This document shows, in pieces, positions 48,770-56,713 of a stretch of DNA of 64,000 nucleotides (position 1 is its first letter; each line of letters begins with the position of its first letter). The notes under the pieces are model-generated. The model did no database searches. It was not told where the DNA came from and was given only the letters and a program-made list of their open reading frames with translations. The DNA is taken from the IMG/VR virus record IMGVR_UViG_3300025678_000930; one strand, written 5' to 3'. This DNA is from an uncultured virus (IMG/VR IMGVR_UViG_3300025678_000930). Lineage: Duplodnaviria; Heunggongvirae; Uroviricota; Caudoviricetes. A program made the translations under genes and the position numbers.

Positions 48770-49470
48770 TGGATATAAATGATTTTCGTGATACACTAAC
48801 TTCTGGTTCATTACAAGCGGAGTATTTTGAGTTATTAAGTGATCAGACATATCATTGTCGAAAATGTGCACAAAGAATTATTGGTTCTGAACAGCTAGCC
48901 GGAGGCGGTGGTGTACAGGGGTTACAGCGAGGAACTAAAAATCGTCCAGGAATCGTTATTGATACAATTTCCGAGTATTGTGAGGATTGTGGTAAACGAA
49001 CAAAATGGGACAGATGGACAGGTGAATTTCAGCAAGCCAATTCTGCTTCTGGTATCCCAAAGAAGTTACAAAATAGAGTGTTAGACCACTATAGTTATGA
49101 AGATACAATTGAACAGAGAAGAAGACAAGCTCATGAACTTGTAATTGACCATCGAATTCCAATGGAGAGATGGGGAGAAAGTGAAGAGACTAATGATGTA
49201 AATATGTCCATAGATGATATTCAAAGAAAATTTCAATTACTTAAAAAGGATTCTTCAGGAAATCACAATTTATTGAAATCACGTGCCTGCGAGCAATGTA
49301 TTCAAACCGGAAAACGTGGATACCCAATGGGGATAAAGTATTATTATGTGGGTGATGAAGATTGGCCTTCAGACTGTCCAACTACTGGAAGAGAAGCAGA
49401 AAGAGGATGCATTGGTTGCGGATGGTACGATTTTGAAGCCTGGAGAAGAGGGCTAAACTCAATAATTTAA
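48769..49470 (+). CDS. Cys-rich HNH-type putative restriction endonuclease, subunit 2 (paralog)
   Basis: IDHRIP...FQLL...N..K.RAC.QC, GCIGCGWYD. Confidence 0.6.
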   Translation: MDINDFRDTLTSGSLQAEYFELLSDQTYHCRKCAQRIIGSEQLAGGGGVQGLQRGTKNRPGIVIDTISEYCEDCGKRTKWDRWTGEFQQANSASGIPKKLQNRVLDHYSYEDTIEQRRRQAHELVIDHRIPMERWGESEETNDVNMSIDDIQRKFQLLKKDSSGNHNLLKSRACEQCIQTGKRGYPMGIKYYYVGDEDWPSDCPTTGREAERGCIGCGWYDFEAWRRGLNSII

Positions 49471-49548
49471 AATAAAAGATTTGTGGATTATTATACTTGA
49501 TATACTTCAAATTATTAGGTAATCTATGAGAAAAAAAAGGAGTATTAA

Positions 49549-51210
49549 TTGATGGATATAAAAAGAGTTGGAAGTATCTGTTCTGGTATTGAGGCAGCGT
49601 CAGTTGCTTGGGAACCATTGGGACTTAGTTTTGACTGGTTTTCTGAAATAGCAGACTTCCCTTCAAAGGTGTTGAAAAGAAAATATCCAGGTATCCCTAA
49701 TTTAGGAGATATGAATGATATACCTGAGAAAATTACACAGGGTGAAATAACAGCACCTGATATGATTTGTGGTGGAACGCCTTGTCAGGCATTCTCATTA
49801 GCAGGATGGAAAAACGGACTCAATGATGACCGAGGAAATTTAACATTAAGATTTGTGGATATCATTGAGGCTAATGATGAAGTTAGGTTAACTTCTGGCA
49901 AGGATAGAACCATAGTTTTTTGGGAGAATGTTGAAGGGGTATTAAAGGATAAGACTAACGCATTTGGCTGCCTATTATCTTCATTAGCTGGATTAACTGA
50001 TGTAATTAGTGGGAAAAAATGGCCTAATTCAGGAGTAATTCATGGACCCAAAAGAAATGTTGCTTGGAGAGTTTTAGATGCAAAATTCTTTGGGTTGCCA
50101 CAACAAAGAAAAAGGCTTTATGTCATGGCAGGCGGAACTGACTTTTACCCTGAAAATGTTTTATTTGAAAAACATGAACATGATTTGGCTGAGTACCCAT
50201 CATCACAGTTAGCATTTGAAAAAGATGGACATAAATTTGAAGTTTTTAGAGAATATACAGACTGCTTGTATTCTGCCTATGGAACGAAGTGGAATGGAAA
50301 TGCTGCGGCATACAATGGTTCATTGTTTGTTGTTCAGGATGATAGAATCAGAAGACTATCCCCATTAGAAACGGAACGACTAATGGGATTCCCGGATAAT
50401 TACACAGATATAAAGGGTGCTAGGAAAACAAATAGATACCAAGCAACGGGAAACTCATGGGCAGTACCAGTTGTTGAGTGGATTGGGAAACGATTATTAG
50501 ATTACAATCAAGATGAATATAATTTGGCGGAAAACTCACTTAGCATAATGAAGAGACGTCATGATATTGAAGGTGAAGGATTTTATCTTGATTTAGGAAA
50601 AGATATTGTTACCATTAATCAAGAATTATCAATAAACTGTACATCGGTCCCAGAGGTGAGCCATTTTTCGGATATGAAATCCATTGTATCGCCTGATGCT
50701 CCAGAAGATATATATATTTCTCCTGTAGGATGCTATGGTATTGTGAGAAGAAAGCAAGAAAGAAACTTAAATATAAATCCTCGTTTGGAAGAGGTTCTAC
50801 TTTTAATTTCTTCACAGATGACACCAGAGGAAATTGAGAAACGTTCAAGAGTACAAAAAAGAGGAAGATTTAGTGATGTAATAGACGAGCTAGAGGATGG
50901 TTCTGCTGATGATATAGAAGACGAAAATAATGAAGAAAAAACTGTCGAAAGTGGTCAATTGAATATTTTTGACATAGAAATGCAAAAGAAAATTAACTGG
51001 GAATTACTATCTTACGGATTTGTAGTAAAAGATAGGAAGGTGTATGCTTTACAAAAAGGAAATGATGAAATTCGATTGTGGGTTTCTAAAGAAACAGAAC
51101 TAAAATTACCAAACGAAAGTGTGGAGAAAGTCATTACTGAAAATGAAGGTGATATTTATCATGGAACATATGATGAATTAATGAAAATATTAATGAGTCT
51201 TATGTTGTAA
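49549..51210 (+). CDS. DNA (cytosine-5) methyltransferase with C-terminal extension
   Basis: SICSGIEA, GGTPCQ, WENVEG, QQRKR, RRLSP.E.ERLMGFP, GNSWAVPV. Confidence 0.9.
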   Translation: MMDIKRVGSICSGIEAASVAWEPLGLSFDWFSEIADFPSKVLKRKYPGIPNLGDMNDIPEKITQGEITAPDMICGGTPCQAFSLAGWKNGLNDDRGNLTLRFVDIIEANDEVRLTSGKDRTIVFWENVEGVLKDKTNAFGCLLSSLAGLTDVISGKKWPNSGVIHGPKRNVAWRVLDAKFFGLPQQRKRLYVMAGGTDFYPENVLFEKHEHDLAEYPSSQLAFEKDGHKFEVFREYTDCLYSAYGTKWNGNAAAYNGSLFVVQDDRIRRLSPLETERLMGFPDNYTDIKGARKTNRYQATGNSWAVPVVEWIGKRLLDYNQDEYNLAENSLSIMKRRHDIEGEGFYLDLGKDIVTINQELSINCTSVPEVSHFSDMKSIVSPDAPEDIYISPVGCYGIVRRKQERNLNINPRLEEVLLLISSQMTPEEIEKRSRVQKRGRFSDVIDELEDGSADDIEDENNEEKTVESGQLNIFDIEMQKKINWELLSYGFVVKDRKVYALQKGNDEIRLWVSKETELKLPNESVEKVITENEGDIYHGTYDELMKILMSLML

Positions 51211-51280
51211 GCAAGCAGATTTGAATTTAAAATAAGACTTGATTTATCATTTAGGTGAATTTTGTGATATTTAGGGGGAA

Positions 51281-53170
51281 GTGCTTATGGCAGATAGTCG
51301 TTCATTCACAGAATATGTGAAAAATACATTTGATAATCAATTCTGGGCAGTGGCCGAAGATTATCTGCGTGAGAATTTCGATCCCCTAGATATAAATCTA
51401 TATAAAATTCATAAAGCTGGTGAACCAGAAATTGCAGATGTTCAAGTTGAACACGTCTGGGTTGATAATTTGCCACAAATGGAAATTCAGTTTGATGTGG
51501 CCTTGTCCGTTATATTTGAAATCCCAGAGGCTGACTACCATTATGATGATTCAGAAGAAAAGAAAATATGGATAATGGTTCGTTGCCGAGGGGACCTTGC
51601 TTGTAATCTGCAAGACTTTGAGATATATGATGTATCTAGCTACAATGGGAAAAATCGTGTTAAAAATCCGATGGATGATTCTCTTGTACCCTTTATTCCA
51701 TATGAGAAATTAGAAGAGGTAGCCACTACCTTTTTAAAGGAATACTATCCAGAAGCACTAAAGATTACTCTGCGTGGTCAGCCACCTGTTTGGGTTGACC
51801 CTAATGTTCTAGCTGAAAGACTAGGGTTAACAATCAAATCTCAGCATATAAGCGAAGACGCATCGGTTTTCGGACAGATATATTTTGTAGATACTGATGC
51901 TGAAATGTACGATGCAAATACAAAATGTAATGTTACAGTGCACATCGACGGAAGAACTATCGTTGTGGATCCCAAAATGTATTTGCTCCGAAGTCTTGGC
52001 TCTGTCAATAATACGATTGTGCATGAATGTGTACATTGGGTTGAACATCGAAAGGTGTTTGAACTTGAAAAACTTTATAACACTGAGGCCTCCAGCATTA
52101 GTTGTGAAGTGGCCGGAGGTGCCGCTTCAAAAGTATCACGAAAATCTACTGAATTTATGGAAAGACAAGCTAATCAGCTTACTCCCAGAATTCAAATGCC
52201 AGCAGAACCTTTCAGAATTAAAACGAATGAATATATCTCAAAATTTATGCGTGAAACCAATGCAAGACATACTGTTGATGTGATGGAAAAAGTTATTACT
52301 GCATTAGAGATAAATTTTGGGGTATCAAGGCAAGCTGCAAAAATTCGTCTTGTTGAATTAGGCTTTGAGGAGGCTATTGGAACATATACATATCTTGATG
52401 GCCATTATGTAAAACCTCACGGCTTTCGTAAAGGTTCCATCAAGGTTAATCAGACATTTTCTTTAAGTGCACAGGATGCAGCTATTCAGCGTTTTGTAAA
52501 TCCGGAACTACGTGCATTAACAGAAGGTGGGGATTATCTCTTTGTAGACAACCATTTCGTGTATAATGCACCACTTTATGTGGAGCGTGATGAAAATGGT
52601 AAGTTGGATTTAACTGGATATGCCCGTTCTCATATGGATGAGTGTTGTCTTGTATTTGATATGAGCATTACTAGCAGGGTCGAGAATACATATCACACTG
52701 CATGTTTTTTAAACCGTGAACCAAGTGATATTACATTTGAAATTAAGTATCATAATGGGTTTGAAAATGCACCACAGGAACGCCAAGTTGCTATGCGAAA
52801 GAAACAGCAAGCTGAAGCTATGGAGATTCGTCGCAAAATGACTGATGATCCTGAGCAATGCATGGAACTTCTCCTTGAATGGCGTAATATGACATATACA
52901 GACCTTGGGTTAGAAATTGACCGTGACCCAAAAACTATAAGCCGCACAGTAAAGGGTGCAACAAAACCAACTGTGGAAACAGCTGTGCTTATATGTTTTG
53001 GCCTTAAACTGCCCCCTGTTATTAGCGAAAAGCTTATGGAGGTATTGAATTGCAAGTTTAGTCCAATTAAAAATGAACACCAATGGATGAAAGAGGCTTT
53101 AGTTCTAAAATATCCTGAACCGTTATGGGCGGTTCAAGAGTATTTATCTCAATATGGCGTGGAAATTTAA
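51281..53170 (+). CDS. ImmA/IrrE-family metallopeptidase with C-terminal HTH
   Basis: TIVHECVHW (HExxH), E.QAN; C-terminal MTY.DLG...DPKTISR. Confidence 0.8.
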   Translation: MLMADSRSFTEYVKNTFDNQFWAVAEDYLRENFDPLDINLYKIHKAGEPEIADVQVEHVWVDNLPQMEIQFDVALSVIFEIPEADYHYDDSEEKKIWIMVRCRGDLACNLQDFEIYDVSSYNGKNRVKNPMDDSLVPFIPYEKLEEVATTFLKEYYPEALKITLRGQPPVWVDPNVLAERLGLTIKSQHISEDASVFGQIYFVDTDAEMYDANTKCNVTVHIDGRTIVVDPKMYLLRSLGSVNNTIVHECVHWVEHRKVFELEKLYNTEASSISCEVAGGAASKVSRKSTEFMERQANQLTPRIQMPAEPFRIKTNEYISKFMRETNARHTVDVMEKVITALEINFGVSRQAAKIRLVELGFEEAIGTYTYLDGHYVKPHGFRKGSIKVNQTFSLSAQDAAIQRFVNPELRALTEGGDYLFVDNHFVYNAPLYVERDENGKLDLTGYARSHMDECCLVFDMSITSRVENTYHTACFLNREPSDITFEIKYHNGFENAPQERQVAMRKKQQAEAMEIRRKMTDDPEQCMELLLEWRNMTYTDLGLEIDRDPKTISRTVKGATKPTVETAVLICFGLKLPPVISEKLMEVLNCKFSPIKNEHQWMKEALVLKYPEPLWAVQEYLSQYGVEI

Positions 53171-53190
53171 AAAAAATTTTTGATAAAAAC

Positions 53191-53205
53191 GGACATGGCA
53201 TGTCC
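53191..53205. promoter_or_regulatory. Palindrome GGACATGGCATGTCC (putative operator)
   Basis: Near-identical copy GGACATGGCGTGTCC at 54608-54622. Confidence 0.55.
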
Positions 53206-53220
53206 TAATAGGAAATATCA

Positions 53221-53252
53221 GCAGACCTGTGCTAATGCACGGGTCTGTTTTT
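53221..53252 (+). terminator. Intrinsic terminator
   Basis: cagacctgtgc / gcacgggtctg stem plus T-run. Confidence 0.7.
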
Positions 53253-53281
53253 GGTTCAAAAACAATTTGCAATTAAAATCT

Positions 53282-53320
53282 ATTTGAACCATTGACAAAT
53301 GTGGGTTCAAATATTATAAT
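53282..53320 (+). promoter_or_regulatory. Consensus sigmaA promoter overlapped by an inverted repeat
   Basis: TTGACA 53292 -17- TATAAT 53315; ATTTGAACC-N13-GGTTCAAAT. Confidence 0.75.
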
Positions 53321-53355
53321 ATAAACAAAGATATTTGAACGGAGGTAATATTTAT

Positions 53356-54303
53356 ATGTCACGCCAATATGACGAATCAATAGAAGGCAAATTTGATTAT
53401 AACGGTGAGTGGTATTCTCTTATTGAAGATATTAATTCCCTGGAGGATCTTATTGAAGCCATGCGCATTAGGGAACTCCTTGTGCAGTGTGAAAATCAAT
53501 TCGAACCTGACAGCGGACATCCTTGCTTCTGGATGCTCCGTCAGCAGGATGAATACATTGAGGAATATCTTGAAAAATTCGGGGACTTTGATAAGACCAT
53601 CATGAATACTAACATCGCGTTTCTTTTGAAAAAATACGATATGCGTATGGGAGAACTTGAGCAGCTTCTAAAAATTAGCAGTGGCTATATTTCCCGAACG
53701 GTAAAACCCAGTTCCGATAAGAAGCTTAGTATTGATGTTGTCTGGAAGATAGCCAAAATCTTCGATATTAGTCTATCTGACTTGCTTGGAACTGACTTGT
53801 CCATTCCAAAGAGCAACACTGATATGGTAGCGAAATTCCTTATAAAGCTATGTGAGCAGACCAAGGAAAACATTATTGAGTGGGAATCTGAGGGTGGGGT
53901 TATGACAGTCCTCAATGATAAATATAAGGAAATGGGTCTTGTTACTGAAGAGAACGAAGACAAAGTGGTGTATCACCCGCAGCACTTAAACCCCGACTAC
54001 AAATGGATTCTTACTGATGACATCTTTGTTTGCAAAAATATTGACGCAAAGAAAGGATTAGCTATCATTTCGTACTCGGATGCCGATAAGGAAAAACTCC
54101 AAGGGTATGACTTTATATTCGTTTGGTCTGATAAAGACGGGCATCATTGGGAAAAGGCATTCTACACCGTTGATGACCCGTTTGGAACTCTAAAAAAACA
54201 CGCTGCCCAACTGTATAAGCACGTCCAAGTGACGGAACTTGATGCAAAGGTTGCACCAGCAGTTCGAGGTCTTATTGCCGACTACCTGAAGGGAGGGTCT
54301 TAA
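53356..54303 (+). CDS. XRE-HTH-containing regulator
   Basis: MRMGELEQLLKISSGYISR...VVWKIAKIF.IS. Confidence 0.7.
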   Translation: MSRQYDESIEGKFDYNGEWYSLIEDINSLEDLIEAMRIRELLVQCENQFEPDSGHPCFWMLRQQDEYIEEYLEKFGDFDKTIMNTNIAFLLKKYDMRMGELEQLLKISSGYISRTVKPSSDKKLSIDVVWKIAKIFDISLSDLLGTDLSIPKSNTDMVAKFLIKLCEQTKENIIEWESEGGVMTVLNDKYKEMGLVTEENEDKVVYHPQHLNPDYKWILTDDIFVCKNIDAKKGLAIISYSDADKEKLQGYDFIFVWSDKDGHHWEKAFYTVDDPFGTLKKHAAQLYKHVQVTELDAKVAPAVRGLIADYLKGGS

Positions 54304-54486
54304 ATGATAAAACGCCCTATCCTTAGTTTCAGCAAAGAGCGACCAACGCCGCAGAGAGTGTTCGATGTTATAGTCGAGGGTAATAATATCGATTTAGAAA
54401 TAAAAAACGATAAGAAGAAAATCGTAACAATCCCATGGGACGAAGTGGTGTCTCAGGTCGAAGCTGCAAAGGCAGCCAATAAGTAA
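54304..54486 (+). CDS. Small hypothetical protein
   Basis: Coupled to the previous gene; followed by strong hairpin at 54532-54590. Confidence 0.55.
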   Translation: MIKRPILSFSKERPTPQRVFDVIVEGNNIDLEIKNDKKKIVTIPWDEVVSQVEAAKAANK

Positions 54487-54886
54487 GCAGAAGCTACCGC
54501 AATCTGCCCCGTAACCAATCGAGGAGCAAACCGCCGGAGTTATCTATTAAGCCTATAAAAGGCAGAAATAGATAACTCCGGCTTTTTTTATTTTCATGGT
54601 TTTGATAGGACATGGCGTGTCCATTTCCAAAAAAAAATCCGTGTTAAATTAGTTTATAGATAAGCAGCAATGCTTTCTAAATAAAATCTCAATGTCCGAG
54701 ATGCGCATTAGGACGGCGGGATGCATAAGAGTTCAGAACACAGTGATAAAGACTGTGTTTGGAATGAAGATGCACCCACCGTGATTTCGTGTGCCCATTT
54801 TAAGGACAAGCGGAGTCTGTGGTCATCTTCACCGCAGGCTCTTTTTGTATTCCGCCGCCCAATGCCGGGACGGAAAGGAATACTTA

Positions 54887-55435
54887 ATGAAGATTCGAGT
54901 TTTGTACGAAGAAAACATCAAAAACGGCCACAAGTTCTACACCACAATTGATATTCCGGATGATGATTACAGTATCATGCTGGATATCGACTATGAGCAG
55001 CGTCTTGCAGAGGCAAAACCAGAAAAGAAGGCAGAAGTAAAGCGTTGTGAGACTGTACAGGAAATGTTAGACCTTATGAACAGTAAGGAATACAACAACT
55101 GGCGCAGGTTTCATAGGCATCTTGGCGATCCGAAGACTCCTTATCGCAAGGAAGATGAATCTGAAGATGAAACGGATGTAATGGATACCTTCGCTGATGA
55201 TTCACAGGAGGCTGAGCGTAATCGCCTCTACGAGTATGAAGATATTTGCCAATGGATACATAAGGCACTTGGTAAAAAGAAAGATTGGGCGGATATGTTC
55301 ATCGCAGTACGCATTGATGGCATACCAATCCGTGAATATGCTCGCTCTATCGATGCTGATGAAAATAATATCAGCCAAAAGTTAAAGCGTGCAGAGAAAA
55401 AACTTAAAGAATTTTTTGAAAACCATCAGATTTGA
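54887..55435 (+). CDS. Sigma-70 region-4-like (ECF-type) phage transcription factor
   Basis: C-terminal HTH IREYARSI...ENNISQKLKRA.KKL; SD gaaagga. Confidence 0.6.
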   Translation: MKIRVLYEENIKNGHKFYTTIDIPDDDYSIMLDIDYEQRLAEAKPEKKAEVKRCETVQEMLDLMNSKEYNNWRRFHRHLGDPKTPYRKEDESEDETDVMDTFADDSQEAERNRLYEYEDICQWIHKALGKKKDWADMFIAVRIDGIPIREYARSIDADENNISQKLKRAEKKLKEFFENHQI

Positions 55436-55459
55436 CCAAATCCTGTGGCTACCAGGTAG
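55426..55459 (+). promoter_or_regulatory. Bipartite motif TCAGATTT-N11-GTGGCTACCAGGTAG, copy 3
   Basis: Overlaps the stop of the sigma-like gene; upstream of BRO gene. Confidence 0.75.
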
Positions 55460-55500
55460 GAGGTCAAGACCTCCAAAAAAATATTAAGGAGGTAATTCTA

Positions 55501-56280
55501 ATGGAATTACAAATTTACAAAAATGCAGAGTTTGGCTCTGTACGCACTACAACTATTGGTGGGCAACCGTATTTTGTCGGTAAGGATGTGACAGATATCC
55601 TCGGGTACCAAAACGGTAGTCGAGATATAAACCGCCATGTTGATGAAGAGGACAGGCAGAAAGCAATGTTTTTCGATGGAACGCAGGATAAGGAAACTAT
55701 CATTATAAATGAATCTGGTTTATACAGCCTTATTCTCTCAAGCAAGATGCCAAATGCTAAAAAGTTCAAGCGTTGGGTTACAAATGATGTACTCCCTGCT
55801 ATTCGTAAACATGGTATCTACGCAACAGATGATTTAATTGCCAATCCCGACCTTGCAATAGCTGCTTTTACTGCTCTTAAAGAAGAACGTGAGAGAAACA
55901 AAACCCTTACGGCAGCAGTTGCAGTACAACAGCAGCAGATTGCTGAGATGAAACCGAAAGCCACTTATTATGATGTGGTTCTTAAATGTAAGGATGCCGT
56001 AAACATCTCTGTTATTGCCAAGGACTATGGCTGGAGCGGTATTCGCATGAATGAGTATCTCCATGACAAGGGAATTCAGTTTAAGCAAAGTGATACTTGG
56101 CTTTTGTATCAGAAACACGCAGACAAAGGTTATACAAGAACCAATACCCATGTTTATGAAGACAGTAATGGCTTTGAGCATACCAAGGTTCACACAAAGT
56201 GGACGCAAAAAGGCAGGCTCTTTATCTATGAACAGCTAAAGGCTGACGGTATCTATCCGCAGATTGAGATGGAGGTGTGA
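55501..56280 (+). CDS. Antirepressor, BRO-N plus ANT/KilAC
   Basis: FVGKDV..ILGY, INESGLYSLI, FKRWVT..VLP; WTQKGRLFI. Confidence 0.9.
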   Translation: MELQIYKNAEFGSVRTTTIGGQPYFVGKDVTDILGYQNGSRDINRHVDEEDRQKAMFFDGTQDKETIIINESGLYSLILSSKMPNAKKFKRWVTNDVLPAIRKHGIYATDDLIANPDLAIAAFTALKEERERNKTLTAAVAVQQQQIAEMKPKATYYDVVLKCKDAVNISVIAKDYGWSGIRMNEYLHDKGIQFKQSDTWLLYQKHADKGYTRTNTHVYEDSNGFEHTKVHTKWTQKGRLFIYEQLKADGIYPQIEMEV

Positions 56281-56281
56281 T

Positions 56282-56713
56282 ATGGGAATCGATATGAAAA
56301 ACTCTGAAGGTTACATGGACTTAGTGCCATATCAAGCACTTACCAATATTGAAAGAGAGGATAAGGCGGTATCAAAACCCGCCTTCCGTCCTTTGGTTTA
56401 TATATGCGCCCCTTTTAATGGAGCTATTACGGAAAACACATTAAAAGCCACCCATTTTGCAGAATTTGCTTTTAATTGTGGATGTATCCCACTGACCCCA
56501 CACCTTCTATTTCCTTTCATGGATGACAGCAACGAGAAAGAGCGTGACCTCGCTATTTTCATGGATATCATCCTTATGGGAAAATGCCAGGAAGTGTGGG
56601 TACTCGGTGATGTTATTTCAAGGGGTATGAGTATTGAAATAGAAAAGGCAAAGAAACGCAGGCAGACGGTTAGATATTTCAATAAAGATTTTGAGGAGGT
56701 AGAGGCTCTATGA
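56282..56713 (+). CDS. DUF4406-like protein
   Basis: VYICAPF.G, PLTPHL, C.EVWVLG..IS.GM..EI. Confidence 0.7.
   Translation: MGIDMKNSEGYMDLVPYQALTNIEREDKAVSKPAFRPLVYICAPFNGAITENTLKATHFAEFAFNCGCIPLTPHLLFPFMDDSNEKERDLAIFMDIILMGKCQEVWVLGDVISRGMSIEIEKAKKRRQTVRYFNKDFEEVEAL

Noticed and set aside
53253..53340. LexA/DinR SOS box
   Set aside because: GAAC and GTTC half-sites are not in the GAAC-N4-GTTC spacing.
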